Source: Eledone cirrhosa (Eukaryota). Taken from it: 64,000 nt of DNA. Location: the NCBI GenBank assembly GCA_964016885.1, contig OZ024766.1, positions 11,346,001 to 11,410,000 on the forward strand, in the 5' to 3' direction. This document shows, piece by piece, positions 49,684 through 63,655 of the stretch. Each line of letters opens with the position of its first letter. Position 1 is the first letter of the stretch. The translations under genes and the position numbers were made by a program. Under the pieces are notes generated by a model. It worked only from the letters and a program-made list of their open reading frames with translations. It was not told the DNA's origin and made no database searches.

Positions 49684-50028
49684 TCATCACCATCATCATC
49701 ATCATTTTACGTCCGCTTTTTCCCTGCTTGCAAGGGTGGGACGGGAACTGATTCTGGCTTGATTTCTACAGCTGGATGCCCTTCCTAACACCAACCTCAT
49801 TTACAGTGAGTGCTGGGTGCTTTTTTGCCGTGGCACCTCCACGACCACTTTGCAGTGGAATGATAGGGACCCCAGTCCCTATCATCTCATTTCTACAGCT
49901 GAGTAAACTGGAGCAATGTGAAATAAAGTGTCTTGCTCAAGGAAACAACACATCACCCGGTCTGAGAATTGAACTCACAACCTTTCGATTGCAAGGCCAA
50001 TGCTCTAACCACTAAGCCATGTGCTTCC
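49684..50028 (-). mobile_element. Full-length tRNA-derived SINE (same family as 15904-16242)
   Basis: Closely similar to 26638-26984. Confidence 0.9.
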
Positions 50029-50198
50029 ATGTTTGTGAGAAAAGGAAAAAGAATGCCTCAACCTATTGGACATTAGTCCTTCATCGGGAAGAGTAGGAGG
50101 AGAAAAGAGAGGAACTTGGAAGGTTGTTGTTGTTGTTGGGGGGGGGCTTCATTTGCCTATCTATCTGTCTATATATCCATTTACTCTTGTGCCTACAG

Positions 50199-50280
50199 GA
50201 AGGAGTACCACTGTCAGACAGTTTAAACATGACCACCGCATCAGAACATCAGACAAGACCTGACCACACTATGTATATTG
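50199..50280 (+). CDS. Candidate isolated exon of an unidentified gene
   Basis: Acceptor TTTACTCTTGTGCCTACAG, consensus donor G|GTAAGT, apparently unique sequence, open frame EGVPLSDSLNMTTASEHQTRPDHTMYI(G). No recognisable homology. Confidence 0.4.
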
Positions 50281-50344
50281 GTAAGTAACTTATCACATTT
50301 AAAAAAAAATATATTCCTTTAAAAGCTTCCAGGAAATATTTAAT

Positions 50345-51256
50345 ACTTGTTTCTACTTTAGACACAAAGACAGCAATTCCCGGGGGGGAGTCAATTAAAT
50401 CGAATCAGTGTATTACTGGTACTTTATTTTATTGATCTTGTAAGGATGAAGGGAAAAGCTGACCTCGGCTGGATTTGAACTCCGAACATAATAATAATTG
50501 TTTCTACTTTAGGCACAAGGCCAGCAATTACCCCAGTGTATTACTGGTACTTTATTTTATCGACCCTGTAACAATTGTTTCTACTTTAGGCACAAGGCCA
50601 GCAATTACCCCAGTGTATTACTGGTACTTTATTTTATCGACCCTGTAACAATAGTTTCTACTTTAGGCACAAGGCCAGCAATTACCCAGTGCATTACTGG
50701 TACTTTATTTTATCAACCCTGTAATAACTGTTTCTACTTTAGGCGCAAGGCCAGCAATTACCCCAGTGTATTACTGGTACTTTATTTTATCGACCCTGTA
50801 ATAACTGTTTCTACTTTAGGCACAAGGCCAGCAATTACCCCAGTGTATTACTGGTACTTTATTTTATCGACCCTGTAACAATAGTTTCTACTTTAGGCAC
50901 AAGGCCAGCAATTACCCCAGTGTATTACTGGTACTTTATTTTATCGACCCTGTAATAACTGTTTCTACTTTAGGCACAAGGCCAGCAATTACCCCAGTGT
51001 ATTACTGGTACTTTATTTTATCGACCCCCTAACAATTGTTTCTACTTTAGGCACAAGGCCAGCAAATTTAGGGAAGAAGGGAAAATTGATTAAATCAGCC
51101 TCAATGCATTACTGGTACTTTATTTTATTATTTTATCAACCTCGTAAGGATGAAAGGCAAAGCTAACCTCGGCGGGATTTGAACTCAGAACATAAAGGGC
51201 CATAACTCTATGCTGCAAACCATGTTGTCTGATGCTCTACCAGTATTGTCAATCCA
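50345..51256 (-). mobile_element. Two Nin/Deu-like SINEs with about 7 tandem 77-bp units
   Basis: Reverse complement of the 1549-2163 family, with the same 77-bp unit. Confidence 0.85.
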
Positions 51257-51296
51257 TATATACATATATACATACACGCACACAGGTAGATAGATA

Positions 51297-52000
51297 TGTT
51301 TCTTTATGAGCCAGAAGGGGACAAATACAAAGGGGGAAGTTTACATACAATAAAACGTGTAAAATGTTATCACAAATGCAATTTAAAAATTAATCTATTT
51401 TCCCCAATAGAGGGAGACATTACATATGGGTAACACATACCCCCGAAAAAATGTGCAACCCTCATCTCCAGGAGTACGAAGAGTTTGTACCCCTTTCCTC
51501 TCTTCCTCCTTTTTCCTCAACCTACAGGTTGATATAGAGAGAAGGCCCATTCACTCGGGACATTCTCGCCACTTTCACCCACCTTTCATAAAACTTGCTG
51601 GGGTACAGCACCTCTCTCTCCATCCTGACTCTTCTTCCAAAGTGGTATTTGAAAAAAAGAATCAGTTGTTGGCCGGAGAGAAAGGTGTCTGACCTCAGCC
51701 CTTTTACCTTGTCCACCATACAACCTCTTTCGCCATAGCTATCACACAAAGGAAAACCGCCTCTCCTTCGTTTTTGAAGGAGGGTGGCGGTTTGATCATG
51801 ACAATGGACTCGGTGGTCAACCGGATTGGTCCCACCCGCGACAATAGTCATTCTACATAGCCCCACAGGTCAGTCATGCCCGGGCAGTGTATGAATGCGT
51901 GCGCGACGGTTTCTTCGTCTCGCACGCATCTTGGACAGCTCTTTTTCGAAGGGTCCCTGCCCGGGCGCCCGTGTCTGTAGAGCTTGTCTCGAACTGGTAG
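51297..52000 (-). mobile_element. 5'-truncated L1/Tx1-clade LINE (ORF2 C-terminus plus 3' UTR)
   Basis: Minus strand reads LPVRDKLYRHG...CPRCVRDEETVAHAFIHC (CCHC knuckle)...AMAKEVVWWTR...FYERW, with stops and frameshifts. Flanked by GGTAGATAGATA at 51285-96 and 51996-52007. Confidence 0.85.
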
Positions 52001-52052
52001 ATAGATAGACAGATAGAGATATTACAGGTAAAAAGGAGAATGAAGGTTTCAC

Positions 52053-52492
52053 CATCATCATAGTTTAATATCCATCTTCCACGCTAGCTTGGGTTAGACG
52101 GGTTTGTCCCATTTAGAGGTAAGTTGGGTTGAGTGACCGTGTCTCGCTCGTTTAGGACTGTTTCTGGCAGGTTTTCTACAGGGGGATACCCTTCCTAGTG
52201 CCAACCACATTTACAGTGAATACTGGGAACTTTTTTACCGTGTCTCCTACACCGACCACTTTACGGTGTTGGCTACATTAGTATCACAAAGCACCCAGTC
52301 CACACCGTAAAGTGGTCATGTAGGAGACACGGTAAAAAGTATCCAGTACACACTGCAAATGTGGTTGGTGTTAGGAAGGGCATCCAGCTGTAGAAATCAA
52401 GCCAGAATCTTATCTCTAAATGGGACAAACCCGTTTAACCAATGCTAGAGTGGAAGATAGACATTAAAAGATGATGATGATGATGATGATGA
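52053..52492. mobile_element. Head-to-head pair of RTE-derived SINE modules
   Basis: 52053-52270 (minus) and 52288-52492 (plus), with tails pointing outward. Confidence 0.85.
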
Positions 52493-52575
52493 TTTAAAGG
52501 AAGGGAGTTAAGCACCGGTTGGAGAATCAAACTGAAAACCTACGTTTCACACAAAAACATCAACATATTATGCAA

Positions 52576-55256
52576 TCACCACCATCACCACCACCACCAC
52601 CACCACCACCACCACCACCACCACCACCACCACCATCATCATCACCATCACCGTTATCAACATCAATCATCACCTTCACCACCACCACCATTACCACCAC
52701 CACCACCATCATCACCACCACCACTACTACCACCACCACCATCACCACCACCACCACCACCACAACCACCACCACAACCACCACCACAACCACCACCACC
52801 ACCACCACCACCACCACAACCACCACTACCACCACCACCACTACTACCACCACCACCACCACCACCACCACCACCACCACCACCACCACCACCACCACCA
52901 CCACCACCACCACCACCACTACTACCACCACCACCACCACCACCACAACCACCACCACCACCACCACCACCACCACTACTACCACCACCATCACCACCAT
53001 CACCACCACCACCACCACCACCACCACCACCACCACCACCACCACCACCACCACCACTACTACCACCACCACCACCACCACCACCACCACCACAACCACC
53101 ACCATCATCATAACCACAACCACCACCACCACCACCACCACCACCACCATCACCACCACTATCACCACCACCACCATCATCATCCTAGTGTTTTTCTACT
53201 TATTGATTTTGTGATGCAAATCACGTTGATATTGGTGATGGTGATGGTGGTGGTGATAGTTGTGGTGGTGGTGGTGGTAGTAGTGGTGGTTGTGGTGGTG
53301 GTGGTGGTAGTAGTGGTGGTGGTGGTGGTAGTAGTGGTGGTTGTGGTGGTGGTGATGGTGGTGGTGATGGTGGTGGTGGTGATAGTTGTGGTGGTGGTGG
53401 TGGTGGTGGTTGTGGTGGTGGTGGTGGTGGTGGTGGTAGTAGTGGTGGTGGTGGTGGTAGTAGTGGTGGTTGTGGTGGTGGTGATGGTGGTGGTGATGGT
53501 GGTGGTGGTGATAGTTGTGGTGGTGGTGGTGGTGGTGGTGATAGTTGTGGTGGTGATGGTGGTGGTGGTGGTGATGATGGTGGTGATAGTGGTGGTGGTG
53601 ATGGTGGTGGTGGTGGTGGTGTGGTGGTGGTGATGGTGGTGGTGATAGTTGTGGTGGCGGTGGTGATGATGGTGGTGATAGTGGTGGTGGTGATGGTGGT
53701 GGTGGTGTGGTGGTGGTGATGGTGGTGGTGATAGTTGTGGTGGTGGTGGTGATGATGGTGGTGATAGTGGTGGTGGTGATGGTTGTGGTGGTGGTGGTGA
53801 TGATGGTGGTGATAGTGGTGGTGGTGGTGGTGGTGGTGATGGTGATAGTTGTGGTGGTGGTGGTGGTGGTGATAGTTGTGGTGGTGGTGGTGATAGTTGT
53901 GGTGATGGTGGTGGTGGTGATGGTGATGGTGATAGTTGTGGTGGTGGTGGTGATGATGGTGGTGATAGTGGTGGTGGTGGTGGTGGTGGTGATGGTGATG
54001 GTGATAGTTGTGGTGGTGGTGGTGGTGATAGTTGTGGTGGTGGTGGTGATAGTTGTGGTGATGGTGGTGGTGGTGATAGTTGTGGTGGTGGTGGTGGTGA
54101 TAGTTGTGGTGGTGGTGGTGGTGATAGTTGTTGTGGTGGTGGTGGTGATAGTTGTGGTGGTGGTGGTGGTGATGGTGGTGATAGTGGTGGTGGTGGTGGT
54201 GGTGGTGGTGATAGTTGTGGTGGTGGTGGTGGTGATAGTTGTGGTGGTGGTGGTGGTGATGGTGGTGATAGTGGTGGTGATAGTGGTGGTGGTGATAGTT
54301 GTGGTGGTGGTGATAGTTGTGGTGGTGGTGGTGGTGATGGTGGTGATAGTGGTGGTGGTGGTGATAGTTGTGGTGGTGGTGGTGGTGATAGTTGTGGTGG
54401 TGGTGGTGATAGTTGTGGTGGTGATGGTGGTGATGGTGGTGATAGTGGTGGTGGTGGTGGTGATAGTTGTGGTGGTGGTGGTGATAGTTGTGGTGGTGGT
54501 GGTGATGATGGTGGTGATAGTGGTGGTGGTGGTGGTGGTGATAGTTGTGGTGGTGGTGGTGGTGATAATTGTGGTGGTGGTGGTGGTGATAGTTGTGGTG
54601 GTGGTGGTGGTGGTGATGGTTGTGGTGGTGGTGATAGTGGTGGTGGTGGTGGTGGTGGTGATGGTTGTGGTGGTGGTGGTGGTGGTGGTGGTGATATAAC
54701 GATGGTGGAGATATGGTAGGGATGGTGATGTAAAGTAGATGGTGTTGATGGTTGTGGTGATAATGATGATGACGAAGGTGATGTTGATGGTGGTGATGAA
54801 GGTGATGTAGATGCTGGCAATGGTGGTGGTGATGGTGATGATGATGGTGGTGGTGGTGGTGACGAAGGTGATGTAGATGCTGGCAATGGTGGTGGTGATG
54901 GTGATGGTGGTGGTGGTGACGAAGGTGATGTAGATGCTGGCAATGGTGGTGGTGGTGATGGTGGTGGTGGTGACGAAGGTGATGTAGATGCTGGCAATGA
55001 TGGTGGTGGTGGTGGTGATGGTGATGGTGATGGTGATAATGATGGAGATGATGTTGTTGATGATGATGGTGGTGGTGGTGATGAAGGTGATGTAAATGCT
55101 GGCAATGATGGTGGTGATGGTGATGGTGGTGGTGATGATGATAATGATGATGATGGTGGTGGTGACGAAGGTGATGTAGATGCTGGCAATGATGGTGATG
55201 TAGATGATGGTGATGATGGTGGTGGTGGTGGTGGGGACGAAGGTGATGGTGATGCT
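52576..55256. repeat. (ACC)n tract (52576-53183) followed by a (GGT)n-based tract (53234-55256)
   Basis: Direct inspection; the second tract has GATAGTTGT and GACGAAGGTGATGTAGATGCTGGCAAT higher-order units. Confidence 0.95.
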
Positions 55257-55505
55257 GGCAGTCGTGACGGAGTTGTTGCCTCCTAGACAAACAGACGGTG
55301 TGACCCAAATATATATATTATGTATACACAGCCTTCCACTGCAGTTGTGTGTGTGTGTATATATATATAGTATATATATATATATATATTGTGTGTGTAT
55401 ACTATATATATATATACTATGTGTGTGTATATATATATATAATATAATAATATATATATATTTATATATATGTGTGTGTATCGTGTGTGTATATATATAT
55501 ATATA

Positions 55506-55552
<47 letters not shown>

Positions 55553-55624
55553 ATGTGTGTATATATATATATATATATATGTGTGTATGTGTGTATATAT
55601 ATATATATATATGTGTGTGCTGTC

Positions 55625-55681
<57 letters not shown>

Positions 55682-55710
55682 GTGTATATATATTTATATA
55701 TGTGTGTGTC

Positions 55711-55757
<47 letters not shown>

Positions 55758-56033
55758 GTGTATATATATTTATATATGTGTGTGTATATATTATATATAT
55801 ATTTATATATGTGTGTGTGTGTGTATATATGTGTGTGTGTGTATGTGTGTATATATATATGTGTATGTGTGTGTGTATATGTGTATGTGTGTATATATAT
55901 ATGTGTGTATGTAAATATATATATGATGTAGTATATATACATATATATATATGTGTATATATATATGTATATATAATTGTATATATATATATATATGTAT
56001 ATATATATGTATATATATGTATATATATATATG

Positions 56034-56080
<47 letters not shown>

Positions 56081-56111
56081 GTATATATATATATGTATAT
56101 ATGTATATATG

Positions 56112-56160
<49 letters not shown>

Positions 56161-56293
56161 GTATATATATATGTGTATATATATATGTGTATATATATAT
56201 ATGTATATATGTATATGTATATATATATATGTGTATATATATATATGGATATATATATGTGTGTATATATATATATATATATGTGTGTATATA

Positions 56294-56444
56294 TCATCGT
56301 TTAACGTCCGTGTTCCACGCTTGCATGGGTTTAGACGGGAGTTTTCCCACTTGAGGCAAGAATGGTTGTCTTGCTCGCATAGGACTGTCTGGCGGGTTTT
56401 CTACAGCTGGATGCCCTTCCTAACACCAACCACGTTTACAGTGT
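56294..56444 (-). mobile_element. RTE-derived SINE 3' module within a (TA/TG)n field
   Basis: Reverse complement of about 6390-6545. Confidence 0.82.
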
Positions 56445-56743
56445 GTATATATATGTGTATATATATATGTGATTATATATATGTGTGTATATATATATAT
56501 ATGTGTGTGTATATATATATGTGTGTATATATATATATGTGTATATATATGTATATATATATATGTATATATATGTGTATATATATGTGTGTATATATAT
56601 ATATGTATATATGTGTGTGTATATATATATGTGTATATATATATATATATGTATATATATGTTTATATATATATGTATATATATATGTATATATGTATAT
56701 ATATATATCATCTGAAGAACAATTCTACACACTCATAAACAAC

Positions 56744-56807
<64 letters not shown>

Positions 56808-56874
56808 GTATATATATAATAAATATATGCATATTTATATATATATCTATATAATATATATATATATACAATAT

Positions 56875-56923
<49 letters not shown>

Positions 56924-56924
56924 A

Positions 56925-57024
56925 CAGGGTGACCCCGAAAAATGTAAACACACCTTGATTACCTGTACAGGCAATATTTATTAGAATGCTGTTGAAGTGT
57001 GTATACATTTTTTGGGAAACCATG
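56925..57024. mobile_element. Mini-MITE (longest variant)
   Basis: CAGGGTGACCCCGAAAAATGTAAACACAC...GTGTGTATACATTTTTTGGGAAACCATG-TA. Confidence 0.7.
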
Positions 57025-57055
<31 letters not shown>

Positions 57056-57089
57056 ATATATATGTATCTATATACATATATATATATAT

Positions 57090-57157
57090 TTTTAATATAG
57101 AAATGGCTTCTACAGGACTAGAACTGTTTCATTTGAAGGAAATCATCAGAGCAAGAG
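57090..57157 (-). mobile_element. Family C PLE-like fragment with hammerhead core, between (TA)n tracts
   Basis: Minus strand CTGATGA-TTTCCTTCAAAT-GAA-ACAG-TTCTAGTC-CTGT-A-GAAGC; helix I is degenerate. Confidence 0.65.
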
Positions 57158-57221
<64 letters not shown>

Positions 57222-57519
57222 GTATACAAACAGACTGATAACATACACACACAAACAGATTATGGTGATGTATGTGTATGTATATATGTGATGTATATAT
57301 ATATATATATGTATATATATGTAGATATATATATGTATGTATGTATGTATGTATTTGTGTATGGATATGTATGCATGTATATATGTACGAGTGTTTTATA
57401 TGTATGTATGTGTGTGTATATATGTGTATGTATATGTGTATATGTGTATGTGTGATGTATGTATGTATGTATAATTGTGATTACGCAAAGAAGCTGAATT
57501 CCTGGTGGCTAGTCACACA

Positions 57520-60500
57520 ACCACCCGACCATCCACCCAGCCAGCCAACCATCCACCCGACCATCCACCCAGCCAGCCACCCATCCACCCGACCATCCAC
57601 CCACCCAGCCAACCATCCACCAAGCCACCCGACCATCCACCCAGCCAGCCAACCATCCACCCAGCCAGCCAACCATCCACCCAGCCAGCCAACCATCCAC
57701 CAAGCCACCCGACCATCAACCAAGCCAGCCAACCATCCACCCGACCATCCACCCAGCCAGCCAACCATCCACCCAGCCAGCCAACCATCTACCAAGCCAC
57801 CCGACCATCCACCAAGCCAGCCAACCATCCACCAAGCCACCCGAACATCCACCCGGCCAGCCAGCCAACCATCCACCCAGCCAGCCAACCATCCACCCTG
57901 CCAGCCAACCATCCGCCCAGCCAGCCAACCATCCGCCCAGCCAGCCAACCATCCGCCCAGCCAGCCAACCATCCGCCCAGCCAGCCAACCATCCACCCAG
58001 CCAGCCAACCATCCACCAAGCCAACCACCCAGTCAGCATTCCAGCCATTTAGCAAGATAACCATCCAACCAGCCATTTAGCAAGCTAACCATCCAACCAG
58101 CCATTTAGCAAGATAACTATCCAACCAGCCATTTCACAAGCTAACCATCCAACCATCCACCCAGCCATTTAGCAAGCTAACCATCCAACCAGCCATTTAG
58201 CAAGATAACCATCCACCCAGCCATTTCACAAGCTAACCATCCAACCATCCACCCAGCCATTTAGCAAGCTAACCATCCAACCATCCACCCAGCCATTTAG
58301 CAAGCTAACCATCCACCCAGCCATTTAGCAAGCTAACCATCCAACCAGCCATTTAGCAAGCTAACCATCCAACCAGCCATTTAGCAAGATAACTATCCAA
58401 CCAGCCATTTCACAAGCTAACCATCCAACCATCCACCCAGCCATTTAGCAAGCTAACCATCCAACCAGCCATTTAGCAAGATAACCATCCACCCAGCCAT
58501 TTCACAAGCTAACCATCCAACCATCCACCCAGCCATTTAGCAAGCTAACCATCCAACCATCCACCCAGCCATTTAGCAAGCTAACCATCCACCCAGCCAT
58601 TTAGCAAGCTAACCATCCAACCAGCCATTTAGCAAGATAACTATCCAACCAGCCATTTCACAAGCTAACCATCCAACCATCCACCCAGCCATTTAGCAAG
58701 CTAACCATCCAACCAGCCATTTAGCAAGATAACCATCCACCCAGCCATTTCACAAGCTAACCATCCAACCATCCACCCAGCCATTTAGCAAGCTAACCAT
58801 CCACCCAGCCATTTAGCAAGCTAACCATCCACCCAGCCATTTAGCAAGCTAACCATCCACCCAGCCATTTAGCAAGCTAACCATCCCCCCAGCCATTTAG
58901 CAAGCTAACCATCCCCCCAGCCATTTCACAAGCTAACCATCCAACCATCCACCCAGCCATTTAGCAAGCTAACCATCCACCCAGCCATTTCACAAGCTAA
59001 CCATCCAACCAGCCATTTAGCAAGCTAACCATCCACCCAGCCATTTCACAAGCTAACCATCCAACCATCCACCCAGCCATTTAGCAAGCTAACCATCCAA
59101 CCATCCATTTAGCAAGCTAACTATCCAACCATCCATTTAGCAAGCTAACCATCCACCCAGCCATTTCACAAGCTAACCATCCACCCAGCCATTTAGCAAG
59201 CTAACCATCCACTCACCAATTCATCTACCCAGCCATCCACCCAACCAACCATCCACCCAACCAACCATCCACCCAGCCAGCTAACCATCCACCCAGCCAT
59301 TTAGCAAGCTAACCATCCACCCAGCCATTTAACAAACTAACCACCCACCCAGCCATTTAGCAAGCTAACCATCCACCCAGCCATTTAACAAACTAACCAT
59401 CCACCTATCCATTTAGCAAGCTAACCATCCACCCACCAATTCATCTACCAGCCATCTACCCAACCAACCATCCACCCAGCCAGCTAACCATCCACCCAGC
59501 CATTTAGCAAGCTGACTAGCCACCTTTCCAGCCACCCGTCCATCCACCCAGTCATCTAGTCATCCAGCCACCCGTCCATCCAACCATCCACCCAGCCATT
59601 TCACAAGCTAACCATCCAACCATCCACCCAGCCATTTCACAAGCTAACCATCCAACCATCCACCCAGCCAATTCACAAGCTAACCATCCACCCAGCCATT
59701 TCACAAGCTAACCATCCAACCATCCACCCAGCCAATTCACAAGCTAACCATCCAACCATCCACCCAGCCATTTCACAAGCTAACCATCCAACCAGCCAAT
59801 TCACAAGCTAACCATCCAACCAGCCAATTCACAAGCTAACCATCCAACCATCCACCCAGCCATTTCACAAGCTAACCATCCAACCATCCACCCAGCCAAT
59901 TCACAAGCTAACCATCCAACCATCCACCCAGCCATTTCACAAGCTAACCATCCAACCAGCCAATTCACAAGCTAACCATCCAACCATCCACCCAGCCATT
60001 TCACAAGCTAACCATCCAACCAGCCAATTCACAAGCTAACCATCCAACCATCCACCCAGCCATTTCACAAGCTAACCATCCAACCATCCACCCAGCCATT
60101 TCACAAGCTAACCAGCCACCCGTCCACTTCACAAGCTAACCATCCAACCGTCCACCCAGCCATTTCACAAGCTAACCATCCAACCGTCCACCCAGCCATT
60201 TCACAAGCTAACCATCCAACCGTCCACCCAGCCATTTCACAAGCTAACCATCCAACCATCCACCCAGCCAATTCACAAGCTAACCAGCCAACCATCCACC
60301 CAGCCATTTCACAAGCTAACCATCCAACCATCCACCCAGCCATTTCACAAGCTAACCATCCAACCATCCACCCAGCCATTTCACAAGCTAACCATCCACC
60401 CAGCCATTTCACAAGCTAACCATCCAACCATCCACCCAGCCATTTCACAAGCTAACCATCCAACCGTCCACCCAGCCATTTCACAAGCTAACCATCCAAC

Positions 60501-62675
60501 CATCCATTTCACAAGCTAACCATCCAACCATCCACCCAGCCATTTCACAAGCTAACCATCCACCCAGCCATTTCACAAGCTAACCATCCACCCGTCCACC
60601 CAGCCATTTCACAAGCTAACCAGCCACCCGTCCACCCAGCCATTTCACAAGCTAACCAGCCACCCGTCCACCCAGCCATTTCACAAGCTAACCATCCAAC
60701 CATCCACCCAGCCAATTCACAAGCTAACCATCCAACCGTCCACCCAGCCATTTCACAAGCTAACCATCCAACCATCCACCCAGCCATTTCACAAGCTAAC
60801 CATCCAACCATCCACCCAGCCATTTCACAAGCTAACCATCCAACCATCCACCCAGCCATTTCACAAGCTAACCATCCAACCATCCACCCAGCCATTTCAC
60901 AAGCTAACCATCCACCCGTCCACCCAGCCATTTCACAAGCTAACCATCCAACCGTCCACCCAGCCATTTCACAAGCTAACCATCCAACCATCCACCCAGC
61001 CATTTCACAAGCTAACCATCCAACCATCCACCCAGCCATTTCACAAGCTAACCAGCCACCCGTCCACCCAGCCATTTCACAAGCTAACCATCCACCCGTC
61101 CGTCCACCCAGCCATTTCACAAGCTAACCATCCAACCATCCACCCAGCCATTTCACAAGCTAACCATCCAACCATCCACCCAGCCATTTCACAAGCTAAC
61201 CATCCACCCAGCCATTTCACAAGCTAACCAGCCACCCGTCCACCCAGCCATTTCACAAGCTAACCATCCACCCGTCCGTCCACCCAGCCATTTCACAAGC
61301 TAACCATCCAACCATCCACCCAGCCATTTCACAAGCTAACCATCCACCCGTCCACCCAGCCATTTCACAAGCTAACCATCCAACCATCCACCCAGCCATT
61401 TCACAAGCTAACCATCCAACCATCCACCCAGCCACCCGTCCACCCAGCCATTTCACAAGCTAACCATCCACCCGTCCGTCCACCCAGCCATTTCACAAGC
61501 TAACCATCCAACCATCCACCCAGCCATTTCACAAGCTAACCATCCACCCAGCCATTTCACAAGCTAACCAGCCACCCGTCCACCCAGCCATTTCACAAGC
61601 TAACCATCCAACCATCCAACCATCCACCCAGCCATTTCACAAGCTAACCAGCCACCCGTCCACCCAGCCATTTCACAAGCTAACCATCCACCCGTCCGTC
61701 CAGCCAGCCATTTCACAAGCTAACCATCCAACCATCCACCCAGCCATATCAAAAGTTAACCATCCACCCAGCCATTTCACAAGCTAACCATCCAACCATC
61801 CACCCAGCCATTTCACAAGCTAACCAGCCACCCGTCCACCCAGCCATTTCACAAGCTAACCATCCACCCGTCCGTCCACCCAGCCATTTCACAAGCTAAC
61901 CATCCAACCATCCACCCAGCCATTTCACAAGCTAACCATCCACCCAGCCATTTCACAAGCTAACCATCCAACCAGCCATTTCACAAGCTAACCATCCACC
62001 CAGCCATTTCACAAGCTAACCAGCCACCCGTCCACCCAGCCATTTCACAAGCTAACCATCCACCCGTCCGTCCACCCAGCCATTTCACAAGCTAACCATC
62101 CAACCATCCACCCAGCCATTTCACAAGCTAACCATCCACCCGTCCACCCAGCCATTTCACAAGCTAACCATCCAACCATCCACCCAGCCATTTCACAAGC
62201 TAACCATCCAACCATCCACCCAGCCACCCGTCCACCCAGCCATTTCACAAGCTAACCATCCACCCGTCCGTCCACCCAGCCATTTCACAAGCTAACCATC
62301 CAACCATCCACCCAGCCATTTCACAAGCTAACCATCCACCCAGCCATTTCACAAGCTAACCAGCCACCCGTCCACCCAGCCATTTCACAAGCTAACCATC
62401 CAACCATCCAACCATCCACCCAGCCATTTCACAAGCTAACCAGCCACCCGTCCACCCAGCCATTTCACAAGCTAACCATCCACCCGTCCGTCCACCCAGC
62501 CATTTCACAAGCTAACCATCCAACCATCCACCCAGCCATTTCACAAGCTAACCATCCACCCAGCCATTTCACAAGCTAACCATCCAACCATCCACCCAGC
62601 CATTTCACAAGCTAACCAGCCACCCGTCCACCCAGCCATTTCACAAGCTAACCAGCCACCCGTCCACCCACCAAC
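57520..62675. repeat. (CCAN)n-derived satellite with 20/28/36/40-bp units and higher-order repeats
   Basis: Main unit CCATTTCACAAGCTAACCATCCAACCATCCACCCAG. Identical ORF-track entries at 61253 and 62045 indicate a 792-bp higher-order period. Confidence 0.95.
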
Positions 62676-62739
62676 CCAGCAGGGCGACCGGAAAGGGGAT
62701 TGTGGTTTTGTTGCTTGTACAGCGATGTTTGTTGTTCTC

Positions 62740-63608
62740 GTGTGTATGTGTATGTGTGTGTGTATATGTGTATGTATATATGTGTGGGTGTATGTATATG
62801 TGTGGGTGTATGTATATATGTGGGTGTATGTATGAGGGTGTGTGTGTGTGTGTGAGTGGGTATATGTGTCTGTGTGTGTGTGTATATGTGTATGTATATG
62901 TGTGGGTATATATGTGTGGGTCTATGTATATGTGTGTGTCTGTATGTGTGTGTATGTGTATGTATATATGTGTGGGTGTATGTATATGTGTGTGTATGTA
63001 TGAGGGTGGGTGTGTGTGTGTGGGAGGGGGTATATGTGTCTGTACATGAGTGTATGTGTGTATATGTGTGGGTGTATATATATGTGTGTGTATGTATGAG
63101 GGTGTGTGTGTGTGTGTATGTGTCTGTACATGAGTCTGTGTATGTGTGTATATGTGTATGCATATGTGTGTATGTATGAGGGTGTGTGTGTATATGTGTC
63201 TGTACATGAGTCTGTGTGTATATGTGTATGTATATATGTGTGGGTGTATGTATATGTGTGTGTATGTATGAGGGTGTGTGTGTGGGTGAGTGGGGATATG
63301 AGTCTGTGTGTGTGTCTGTGTAAGAGTAAGTGTTCGCGTGTGTGTGTATATATATGTATGTATGTATGTATGCGTGTGTGTGTGTATATATATATATATA
63401 TGTGTGTACGTATGTGTATATGTATGTATGTGTGTATATATATATGTGTACGTATGTGTGTATGTATGTGATCTCATAACTGTGTGTGTGTGTATATATA
63501 TATATATGTGTGTGTGTACGTATGTGTATATGTATGTGATCTCATAACTGTGTGTGTGTGTGTGTATATATATGTGTACGTATGTGTATATGTATGTGAC
63601 CTCATAAC

Positions 63609-63655
<47 letters not shown>

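Noticed and set aside
53180-55308. 669-aa extensin-like Pro-rich ORF and 695-aa His-rich ORF
   Set aside because: Both are frames of a (CCA)n-based trinucleotide repeat, with no splice or domain support.
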